Assembly: GCA_964035545.1 (NCBI GenBank)
Contig: OZ037768.1
Coordinates: 1,480,384-1,544,383 of the forward strand
Source: Bugula neritina
Taxonomy: Eukaryota > Animalia > Bryozoa
DNA: 64,000 nucleotides
Reading direction: 5' to 3'
Shown piece by piece: positions 1-38,200 of the stretch (positions within the stretch are counted from its first letter, which is position 1; each line of letters begins with the position of its first letter). The notes beneath the pieces are model-generated. The model made no database searches. It was not told the origin of the DNA and saw only the letters and a program-made list of their open reading frames with translations. The position numbers were made by a program, and so were the translations under genes.

Positions 1-78
1 ACTACTGCTGCCACTACCACTACTACTTCTACTGCTACTGCTACTACTACTGCTACTACTACTACTACTGTTACTACT
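1..78. repeat. (CTA/CTG)n trinucleotide microsatellite, intronic
   Basis: actactgctg...actactactg degenerate triplet run. Confidence 0.85.
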
Positions 79-604
79 CATTGTGGGGTAGTCCAGTGAT
101 TTATATAGCTGGTTACAGTTTGTTATTTGTACAATTAATGACAAGCACTTGGACCACATAACATACTTTATAAATAATTGTGCTGATATGCTGGTAGATT
201 ACAGCTGGTTGCTGGCCAGCTTTATATTTCTATAATTCTGATACATTTATTACATGTAGATAACCTTTTCAAGTGGTGCACTAATATTGCATTGTTGATA
301 ATGAATGAAACTCACTTCTGTTTGGTTCAATAACGTTTCCATCCAACTTAGACTGGCTCATTGTGTTTATTTTGTTACATCTGAACTATTTGCTGCCTAA
401 TTGGAATATTTACTGCTGCCAGAGTTTGATTAGAAAATATAATAAGAAAACTGGCACCAGCTCTCATGGCTGTGATTTCTGTGAGAATTTCTCTCCACAT
501 TCTGACATCACCAATCACTTCCTGTAATAGTATAAACTTATCCTCCAATGAATTGTATGTTATTGTATTCCTGTTATATTCCCATTACATGTTACTATTT
601 TTAG

Positions 605-26665
<26,061 letters not shown>

Positions 26666-28156
26666 ACTGCTCAGGATCGTCTTGCAGTCACTAGCGGAGT
26701 TGTGCGCCCTTACAGTTGTAGGCTTTGCAATATAAACCTGTTTTATTACTATTTTTGCTAGAAACGGAATGACAGCAATTCTATGTGTTGTTGTGATACT
26801 CTCATTTGGCTCCAACTCAGTACTATAAGTAAGCAATTACAAGGAATAGTATTTCAAACTGTCATGGAATACTGCACAAACAGTGCACAAGTGGTGAACA
26901 GTTATTCATGTTAAAATAACTATTTATATTGTTTTTCAGTTATGCAAGTAATTAAATCATTAAAGCATTACATTATCTCAACTCAGTATGTAGTAACTAC
27001 AGTTATGTGGCATAATTAAACACTCTAGGCTGTATTTTAACTCTTTTATAGCTTTTCCGATAAAATTTCCCTCTTGCCTGTTTGCTACATGCAAATTAAA
27101 TAAACACGATATTTACCAAATTAACTTTGATGTTCTTCTTGCATCAGCTGTTGAACGCATGCCATATGTGTGAGTCATAAAGTATGTCACTCCGTTGCCC
27201 AGCAATACAATCTACTGGCAGTGAATGCACAGTTAGCATGTGAGATGAAGGGAGAAATAAGGGAGGGGCATTATCTGTGAACAATAGATAGGTGCCCTGG
27301 CTGTCTGGCACCCATTGTGTTTCTGTGGAATGCTGACTTGTTATATGCAGAATATAAAGAATGTCGGCTCTTACTGAACCCCCAGTCTTATATAACCTGA
27401 ATCAACCTGTTGTGAGAAGTCAAACAATGACAGAATGTAAATAAACATCATCAAGTAACAGGCACCTGCATATTCTCTGAGCTATAACAGACAAGCTTAT
27501 GTTTGATTTTTGCAAAAAAGTGTTGGAGATTCGAGTTTCATTCAATGTACTTTTTTGAAATAAAAAATGTTGACTTTAATTATAAAGTGTTTATCCTACA
27601 TCAACATCTCATGTCAGTAAAGACTGCAGCAAAGCTTTGATTATGCTGCTAGGTTATGTGTACTAATTTATGAGCTCCATCCAAAACTAACTAATTATTC
27701 TTGCATACAAGATAACATAAATAGAACATGGTATTCTCATTGCTTTATTTGAGACTAATTATTACATTTTTTTGAAATTCAGAGCAGATACAAAGTTCTC
27801 TTACAAAAAATTGTGAATACTTGCTACAGGAATCCTACCGTAACAGCTGCTTGGAGTGGGATTATTATTGAGACCTCCTTTCTCTAAACCTGTGCATGGA
27901 TTCATAGATTTAGTGCCACTTTGTGTTTATCATTCAAAGCATACCATACTGATAGCTCGTGTTAAATGTTTAGGTAACATTCTGTTACAACACTCACTTA
28001 GGCTAATAAAATATAAATCATATTTTTTAACCACACCACGTGGCTTTTCAATGGGCTGTGATAGTATAATAACCCTTTTATTCGCATGCTCTAGTCATTA
28101 CAGTGGCTAGACATGCGTGTGTAAGTTGTGTGGCTTAAATTGCCTGCTTGGTGACA

Positions 28157-29597
28157 ATGAGCATAAGCCTGTGGTCGTTATTCTATGCTGCCTGTTTGAT
28201 ATCTTCAACTGCTGCTAGTCCAGCGCTCTCTCGGCCCAACCGAGATGTCAGGAACTCGCACGAGTTGCCATTATCTACAATGATCAAAATGACTCGAGCA
28301 GATTGTAAGTAATTGCTAATAAAGTATGAATATCTTATTTTTTTGCAACAATTTATGTTCAGATATTTGTCAGAGTGGTTTACTAGTAATTCATTAGACA
28401 TGTCAAGTTTAAATGGGCTAAAAAATCTATTAAGTTAATAGGCTTATAAGCTACTAATTATTTATATACAATTATTGTTTTGGTGATCATGGGAGTGTGT
28501 CATAAACTAGGATCATATTACCGAGTGGAGCTCGCTCTTTTGCAGTCTTGGTAGGTTGAAACTTAGCCTATATTATCAATTCCTACATTTATCGTTGTAG
28601 TTGACTGTGGCACAGGATGTTACAAGATAGCTCATCAAACCATTCTCGACGAAGTTTCACTGTCAGACATCTTGAGAGTTGACGTATACTTCTATGATTT
28701 CGGTAGTCTGAAAGCGAAAGGCCAGCATTTGCAAGATGTATTTGAAATTCAGAAAATAAACTGTCATCGACATAGAAATGACATCTCGCCCTCCGTGCAT
28801 TCTTTGAGGAACTTCACTCTTCCCGACTATGACCTCTACAACAAGTCGATCCGCATAGTAAACATCACACACTTTGCCACTTCCTGGCTACGCAGACACA
28901 CCACTAATGACGTTCTACATTTAAAGATTCGAAAACTGAATGACATTCTGGAAGGAGGCTACAGGTTCGCCTACTCTGAGGGCTACTTGCCAACTATCAT
29001 TGTTCAAAGCAGGTACCACGGAGACAGCAGTCGACAGCGCCGATCAGTGAGTGAAAGTTCGCCCGTTACTCCTTTATGTACTGCTGAAAATAACAAAACT
29101 ACTTGCTGCAGACAACCTGTGGAAGTAACCCGGGACTTAGTTGCTGGCATATTCTCATTTGCCGAATTAACCGCCTCTCTTACTGTACACAAATGTGCCG
29201 GAACTTGTCGTAAGTATAATTATTGTAATGTTTCAGGAGGTGAGTCTGTCTCACACACGATGAAAGATTTTATAAAAAGTGAATTTTTTTTTGTCAAGCG
29301 AGTTCTTCAATTTCTAACCAGTATCAGTGCTCATCACTACATTCAATGTTTGAACACAGAATGAGTTAAAAATTTTACCATAATTTCAATTTTGTTTATA
29401 ATTTATGTTAAGTTTTATATTCACACCTTGTAGCAACCGTAGTGAGCGCCATGAATCTTAACGGTTTAATTGACACTGGGTCGAGAAAGTGCTGCAAGAA
29501 GCTCCATAGTAGCCCGATTCCTCTGATCATACATAACGGAGACGGACTGACTGAGACGCAATCTCTGATAGACGCAACTCACTGCGGATGCGAATGA
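28157..29597 (+). CDS. Divergent TGF-beta superfamily ligand precursor A (306 aa)
   Basis: Exons 28157-28304, 28601-29209, 29434-29597 (921 nt, in frame). Signal peptide MSISLWSLFYAACLISSTAA, prodomain, furin site RQRR. Mature region has 9 Cys: C..CC..CAGTC..CC..CGC, the cystine-knot pattern of activin/TGF-beta/myostatin-type ligands. Confidence 0.85.
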
Positions 29598-31269
29598 TGG
29601 ATTCTGTAACTTCCAACATTGAAGTCATCTTACTTCCCGAGTTTTAGTTGAACACTTACGAGTGAAGTTCCTTGCAAGATGAACACCAGAGTAACTGCTT
29701 CAATAGATTCTGCCGGTCTACATGAAACGGACTTTGCACTTTTCAAATATCATGCCAGTCATGCACTTGTCATGTGCTCTTAATTACCATTTAAATGTTC
29801 TCTTTTAGACAATCTAATTACCTGAACACCTATTTCCCTTTCTACCTCATTTCTTATTAATGGTTGGGTTTTTTATTGTCTTATGTTCTCTTATGATAGC
29901 CAATAATTACATGGTTATTAATATTTGTACATTTTCACATGCTGTCTAAGGCACTGTATAAATTGCACACATTGTGAATATCATAATTCTACCAAAATAT
30001 ATCATATTGGTGTTGTAACTTAATTCATAGCAACAATAGAGTTCTATTTCGTCATATTTATTTTGTATTCTTGTTACGTAATTATCAATTACTATCATTG
30101 TAAATAAAATAAAAATGTGCATTCTGATTTTAATGAAACATTTAGTTAAATAGATTTTTGACAGGTCTATTTTGCTGTTAGTAGTATTGGAATAAAATAT
30201 AGCTGTCAAAAAATAATTATATTATATACTTCTGTTTTAATAGACCTATGAGCTATATATTTCAGTGCAAATTATTATTCACTAAAAAGTATATAAGATA
30301 TACGAACAACAATTACCTTGAATGTTAATAATTTAAACAATCATGAAACTGATAGTGCACTATTACTAACATTTTAATCATTGTATATAGATTATTTTAA
30401 ATTATAATTTGAAATTTTAAGACTTGTATTACAGTATTTAATATCAAATTTTGATTAAAAAACAGAATTTAATGGAATCTGGTTGAAGCTACTCTTCATG
30501 TTTTGCACTTTTACAATCTTAACTGTTTCAAGAGCTGAAAACACTGAAACATGGATATTTTGAGTCACAAGATTCATGTTGGAAAATGTAGTAATTTATG
30601 TAAAATTTACACTGTTCATGTGTAATATTTAGGTTTTGATATTTAAAACCTATATGCACAATTTATCCGAAGCTGGTAATTTGAGTGATGGTATATGATC
30701 ACTGAGCTAATTATTTCTTCTAATAGCTTTCTTCACAATGTACTATAAATCACAACCAGAGCTGCTCAAGCACATGTTGCTTCATTTTAAAGACATGCAG
30801 AGCTGCATCTGTAATATTGACACTTCTTTTGCAACATCTTATCTTCTCAAATTATTGTGTAAGCTGAACATAAACACAGAGCAAAAAATGAAAAAAAATC
30901 CCTTAGAGAAATATAAATGCAGTAAACCTTTTTTAATTGGATGTAAACATGTTTTTGCAACATACAATGTTTCTCTACCATCCCATATTTGGATACTGTC
31001 TATTTATAGTACACCCCAGGATATTTCCAATAATAATATTAGACTATAAATATTAAGTGACCTCCAACAACACGTGTAGCCTTGTTCTTACATGTGTATA
31101 TATTGCTAACTATAAGAGAATAGTTGCCATTCTGTTGCCTTCAGTCAGGAAGCTCCTTTGCAGTGCCTGCAAGCACTTGCAAGTACCTGTTAACATCTGG
31201 AAGAACCTGTTAGTGCCTGAATACGACTAAGAAAGTCTGTAAGTATCTGAATGTTTCAGCAGAGAGTAC

Positions 31270-31405
31270 CTGCGCATACTTGACTATACACCTACTGACA
31301 CTTTGGAGTACCTGCCACAACCTGCTTACACCTGGCAGTGCCTGCCACAACCTGCCTACACTTTGGAGCACCTGCCACAATCTGCTTACACTTTGGAGCA
31401 CCTGC
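31270..31405. repeat. 30-bp repeat x~4 (cctgccacaacctgcttacactttggagca) just upstream of the TGF-beta-like B start codon
   Basis: Directly visible. Confidence 0.85.
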
Positions 31406-31456
31406 AAGGACATCATCTGCAGTGATAAGAAACTCAACCACCCTATAAACTAAAGT

Positions 31457-33831
31457 ATGGAGATCAGCAGCTGCAGATACATAATCTTACTCATCATTTT
31501 ATCTGCTGGAGTTCATCTTCTGCAAACGAGAAGAATTCAAAGACGAATCAAAAGAGATGCGAGAGATTCGCAGAAACGTATGCTGCTGACGATGGTGAAG
31601 ATGAGCCGAGCTGATTGTAGGTACAACTTAGAGTATTCTGTTTCACTGTATTTTATAGAATAATTAGTAGATCTAGTTAAACTTTGAGGTGGGTACAGTC
31701 TACAGCTTAGTGAACCGTTAGTTTTAGTACGCATTGTCAGTTTTAAAAGTGGCCTGTCTATAAAACAAAGCAAACTTGAATGTTAAATATATTTGCTTTG
31801 AAGTACTGCAATGGTGATGCAATTTCTGTAGTTTGACTGACGGCTTCTGTGAATGGTCAGGCAATGTTTTAAAGTTAACTATTTGCAGGAGAAAAACTGT
31901 AAAAGGTGGCTGTTTAGGTGTAGCCGGGAAAAGGGGTATGCTGTTGCAGTAGCTGATTGCAAAGTTAGTTGTTGGCTGGGCAGCAAATGTAAATTAAACA
32001 TTGAAACAATAAATAAACATCTAAATTAAATAATAATCTCGTATGACGCATCAGATTGTTATATGTTTTCAAACTTTATGCTTAATTTAAAAATTGACAG
32101 CAAGAGCCATGTTATTTACAACTGAGTAGTTACTGATGGATACATTTATATTTGTAGTTGATAACCGACTCGGTGTTGGGTCATACAAAGTTTCTCACCA
32201 TGATATGCTAAAAGGACTCAATATTTCAGACATTAAGAAAGTAAATGTCTACTTTAAGGACACGGTGGGTAGCATGCTAAGTGAAGGAGAACATATGAAC
32301 GAAGTATTTGAAGTTTTAAAAATGAACTGCCATCGACATATGAATGTAACTCCAGACGAAAGATTAGTAACGCACTTCACTGTCCCAGATTATAAATATT
32401 ACAAGAAGGGAATACGAATGGCTAATATTACTCAGTTTGCAACAAGATGGCTCCACAGGCATTGGCATGATGACTTTTTATATCTTAAAATAAGAAAATA
32501 CAATGATGACCCTGACGTAGAGAGTTACAGATTTGCATATAACGAGAATCATCTCCCCCTGATCATAATCAGAAGTGAATTCTACATGAATCGAGAGAGA
32601 GTCAGAAGACAGGCTACGCAGGCATCTATGACACCGCTGTGCAACTCACAAAACAACAGAACCATGTGCTGCCTTCAGTCGACTCAAGTGCAGTCGGAGC
32701 AGCTGGACGGTAGTCTAATGCTGGCAGAGATGCCTACGCTTGTTACTATTTATAGATGCTCGGGTCTATGCCGTAAGTTATTAGAATTATCTTTTTACTG
32801 CTCTAAAATCTGAACGTACAAGAGTCTTAATAGATTTCAATGCAGTTCTAAAAGAGCTAACTGCTAGTTTAATGCCATGGTTCCTGAGTGCAAGGAAGTG
32901 TTTCATCAAAATAACACCATTGCCAAATTTAACCTTAACAGAGCCATATTATTGGCATCGTTCTAGGGTATTGCAATCTATTTTTAAATCTGAATTTCAC
33001 TCTATCAATTTACACGCTTTCTAAATGGTGAATGCTGATGAAGCGCAAAAAGTTCTTGCACACTCGGAATAAATGCTCGAGTTCTCAGAATTGTTATTAA
33101 ATAGCAGGGGCATTAAAATCCACCTATAAATAAATGTGCAAGACAATAAACTAAATCAGCAGCAATGTGCTTGTTGATTGTTTTACCCGTTCTAAAATTT
33201 TGCATGCTCTTGTTGAAAAAATTAATTTGGTTATTAAAGAAATTATCACATAACAATGATTAAAGACTGTTGAAATTGAATGAACACCTCCTTACATTGT
33301 TGTAGACACGCATTATGCAGTGAGAGATATTATTTCAGCTGATAAAAATAACATGTAGTTTTATACTAAAACACATACTATATGCCTCTCTAAATTTTTC
33401 ATAAAGTTAAGAGTTGACAATTCCAAGTGGCTTTCAATAACGTGTTTATACTTGTAATAGTAGACTGCAGAAGTTCACTCAATTTCTGAAGGATTTCCTG
33501 TAGCAGAAGATCTTCAAAAACATTCAAATTTTTATATTAAATAAATTGATGCAAAACATTGGCTGAAATAATATAGTTTTTCTGTTGTATTACAACTTGA
33601 TAGAACAAGACTGAAAATACATTTATGTTGCACATGTAATAAACATCTATTTTTGTTTCAGCCATTACTACAGGAACAGAGACCCAACATATTTTAGATG
33701 AAAGTGCACGACGATGTTGCCGAAAAGTAGACAACATTTATGACCCGCCAGTAGAGGCCACGTTTTATGACGGTGTTGAAACTGAAACTGTATACTCAAA
33801 ACAATTGAATGCAACACATTGCAGTTGCTGA
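31457..33831 (+). CDS. Divergent TGF-beta superfamily ligand precursor B (314 aa), tandem paralog of A
   Basis: Exons 31457-31616, 32158-32772, 33662-33831 (945 nt). Hydrophobic signal peptide, furin site RVRR, mature C..CC..CSGLC..CC..CSC*. Same intron positions and phases as A (RAD|F and CxGxC|P) and shared prodomain blocks (NCHRH, FTxPDY, NITxFATxWL, LKIRK, YRFAY). Confidence 0.85.
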
Positions 33832-35276
33832 TAGTTTGTAATTAACACAATTATTGTAGTAGGATACTATATGATATTTATATTAATTTATTCAAATTAT
33901 TTGAGAGCTGAGTGGCCTGGAATGTCTAGTTTTAATGTAAATATTGAGTATTGGCTGTAATTAGGTACAATTAACAAGTGCATGTTTAATAGAAAAGCTG
34001 ATAGGGTTCTATTCATAGGTCTTCTTTGTCAAACAAAGAATAAAACCATAGGATAATATATAAGGTACTAGTCTATATCAGAGCTCTTGTATTTAAATGC
34101 TATATTTTATTTAGAACCATTTCTATAATAATAAACCTTATAAGGCATGGCTCTTCAAAATTTGAAAGCCAGTAAAAATGTGAACAGCAATTTATTTTTC
34201 AGCATCCATAATCTTAATGTTACTAGGTTTTGGTATATAAAGTTTCTTGTTAATTTGAATTTCTTTTCTCATGTGAGCGCACAAAGCAGAGCAGAGCCAT
34301 TATCTAATTGAATCTTTACACAAGATAGTGAAAGTGAAAAAATGGCTGATTTCAAAGTTTGCAGCTGTGGTGTTTCAGAAGCAATACATAAGTATATGGA
34401 TGAATGATTTTACTTGGCAAACTTTCTTATTCACGGCTTGTTTATTTATATATAATGCTGTAATACATGCAAATCTGGTTATAAATTATTAAAAATGGTA
34501 TTCATAGCTGGTTGCTGAGAGACTGAAATATAAATACTACTTTTTTCATTCATTGCAACCACTGCAAATCATTTAAGGTGATTAAGCAGGTATAATGGCT
34601 TAATATTTCAGCTGATGGGTGCAATTACATTACCCAATCAACCCATTGCAAAGCAGCTGAGCCTAGCAACAGCCTTGCATGTTGAATATGAGTGACAGAG
34701 GGAGATGGTACATGCAAGTTGTAACAGAAAACTATGTTATAATATATTATTACATCCTGCATATAACTATGATTTGCCAAAATTCAACCGACAAAATGAA
34801 TAATAATTTCTAAATCAAAAGACATCTGAAATGCTGAAACTAATTTACAATTAGTAGCATATGTGACATTTGGACGGATATTAAATAAATTACAAAAAAA
34901 ATAAAGTACACTGGAACCAGTGAAATAGATATAACCGAGGTGAAAAATTATAAATATCTATGCTAAAATTGATGAGCCAAAATAATTGAATAAAAAATTA
35001 ATGTAAACATATTTTCTGGTACAATAAAACATGTTTGCAATCGATATTATGCTAATATGCTACATCATGCAATATTATAGTATACTATAATAAAGCATGC
35101 CATGTTGAAAGAAAATTTAAAGCAATGTAGCGTATAATCATGTATTACAATATTATATTATGGTATTATATTATGATAATCTGAGACATAATAAGAAAAA
35201 CAGTTAAATGACTCATGAATTCAGTCAGCAACATCAGTGTGTGCTGCCGGGAGCCACTATTCTGTGTCCGAGAAAC

Positions 35277-38200
35277 TTAGTCATCATCCTTCCGCTCGGA
35301 ATCTCTCTTCTTCTGCTGCTCCATCATCTCTGCTTCTTCTATCATGTTACTCCCCTGTGAATACATACTAACTCACTGTGAATACATACTAACTCACTGT
35401 GAATACATACTAACTCACTGTGAATACATACTAACTCTCCTGTGAATACATACTACTCCCCTGTGAATACCTACTAACTCACTGTATCACTACTAACTAC
35501 TGTATCACTACTAACTCACAGTCCCTGTATAACTACTAACTCACAGTCACTGTATCACTACTAACTCACAGTCACTGTATAACTAGTAAAGAAACTCACC
35601 CACAAGTAGAATGTAGCAGCACCAGCTGACACATCTCTCACGTCGTCCAACTCAAATACCATCATTTTCTCTTTAGCCTTTTTTGCAGTGTCCATGTTAT
35701 TAGCAAGAGTTTGGGGGTCATATGCTAAGCACCGCCTTTTTAACCCGTCTTTTCCTGTTTTACCAACCAATGCTTGTACCTTTTTCCATTCCTAAACCAT
35801 GAAAACTAATGTTATTTCTACAGAGGATATACTGGATGACATAAGGTTAATGGAAATAGTTGTGAGTGTGTTGTGTGTGTTGTGTGTGCGCGCGTGGTCT
35901 GTGTGTGCACGCGTGGTCTGTGTGTGGGTGTGGTGTGTGCGTGTGTGTGTGTGTAGTGTGCAGATGTGTAAATGGAAGGCGTCTGAAGATATTTAAAACT
36001 TATTGAACCCAAAATCTAATAATACATGTTATGGCAGTTTAATAACTCATTTCCTGATTTATTGCTTTCACTACTTCTAATAATTTTATATACAATGAAA
36101 ATTATTTTCGCATAATTTTTTAACCATAAAATTTAATACAGTTTCATATTTATATCTTCAGAAAATTTGGGCTACTCTTTCATGAATCACTTTTAGATTA
36201 ATTAAAGCCTCCTAAACAGCGAATCATACGACAACAGAGTACGGTACAGGTGCACTGACCTTCGTCTCTTTCTCAAGATGGCCGAGTATGAGGAAGGTGG
36301 CTATCATGACGGAGTGGACGATCGGGGGAGGGTTAGAGTAGCTCCTAATCTCAGCCACAGTCGACTGTTTCAGTTCCAAAATCTCAGCCCGAATTCTTTC
36401 GAGTCTCCGCAGACGTAGCAGTAAATTGTTGGCTTCTATCATCTCCGGCTGCAGCTCGGCCTCAAACCCGCTCTTTTTGACAGAATTAATGGCCTCTTCC
36501 AGAGGCTTGATCTGTCTCAAGGACATTGCATCTCGCAAACCTAAAAACACACGCTTTCTTACTGGTCAAGTACGATGAGGTACAAATCAAGAGCAATTGT
36601 AACAGTGAACTCAAGTTATCACTAGCACATTAGATTTATGATGGCAGATGAATACATAATAGATGTTAGATTGTAGTAATATTATAATAGGAGGGTATAT
36701 ATAACTAACATATGTAATCACACAGCTTGCTATATGACCACACAGCTTGCTATATGACCACACAGCTTGCTATATGACTACACAGCTTGCTATATGACCT
36801 CACAGCTTGCTATATGACCACACAACTTGCTATATGACCACACAGCTTGCTATATGACCACACAGCTTGCTATATGACCACACAACTTGCTATATGACCA
36901 CACAACTTGCTATATGGCCACACAACTTGCTATATGACCACACAGCTTGCTATATGACTACACAGCTCGCTATATGACCACACAACTCGCTATATGACCA
37001 CACAGCTTGCTATATGACCACACAACTTGCTATATGACCACACAGCTTGCTATATGACCACACAGCTCGCTATATGACCACACAACTCGCTATATGACCA
37101 CACAACTCGCTATATGACCACACAGCTTGCTATATGACCACACAACTTGCTATATGACCACACAACTTGCTATATGACCACACAACTTGCTATATGACTA
37201 CACAGCTTGCTATATGACCACACAGCTTGCTATATGACCACACAGCTTGCTATATGACCACACAGCTTGCTATATGACCACACAACTTGCTATATGACCA
37301 CACAACTTGCTATATGACCACACAGCTTGCTATATGACCACACAGCTTGCTATATGACCACACAGCTTGCTATATGACCACACAGCTTGCTATATGACCA
37401 CACAGCTTGCTATATGACCACACAGCTTGCTATATGACCACACAACTTGCTATATGACCACACAGCTTGCTATATGACCACACAGCTTGCTATATGACCA
37501 CACAGCTTGCTATATGACCACACAGCTTGCTATATGACCACACAGCTTGCTATATGACCACACAGCTTGCTATATGACCACACAGCTTGCTATATGACCA
37601 CACAGCTTGCTATATGACCACACAGCTTGCTATATGACCACACAGCTTGCTATATGACCACACAGCTTGCTATATGACCACACAGCTTGCTATATGACCA
37701 CACAGCTTGCTATATGACCTCACAGCTTGCTATATGACCACACAGCTTGCTATATGACCACACAACTTGCTATATGACCACACAGCTTGCTATATGACCA
37801 CACAGCTTGCTATATGACTACACAGCTAGCTATATGACCACACAGCTTGCTATATGACCACACAACTTGCTATATGACCACACAGCTTGCTATATGACTA
37901 CACAGCTTGCTATATGACCACACAGCTTGCTATATGACCACACAACTTGCTATATGACCACACAACTTGCTATATGACCACACAACTTGCTATATGACTC
38001 ATCACTCACGATCTCTTGCGCTAATCTGCTTCAACAGCATCTCAGCTGTAGGCACATCTCCGTCGTGATCCTCCAGCTTAGCTTTCTTGAAGTCGTCCAC
38101 TCCTGTTTTGAGAGGAGTTTTCTTCCTCTTTTTAATGGCCACTTTGAGATTAGACCTGATTCTCTTTTCTTTCATTTCTTTCTTTAGCCTCAGTGCCTCA

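Noticed and set aside
28511-28550. Possible extra small exon in TGF-beta-like A intron 1 (ag|gatc...cttg|gtaggt)
   Set aside because: 40 nt would shift the frame. Direct 28304->28601 splicing is in frame and matches paralog B.
36721-37998. Regular array resembling CRISPR
   Set aside because: No unique spacers, no cas genes, and located in a eukaryotic intron. The same applies to 42828-43700 and 44146-44825.
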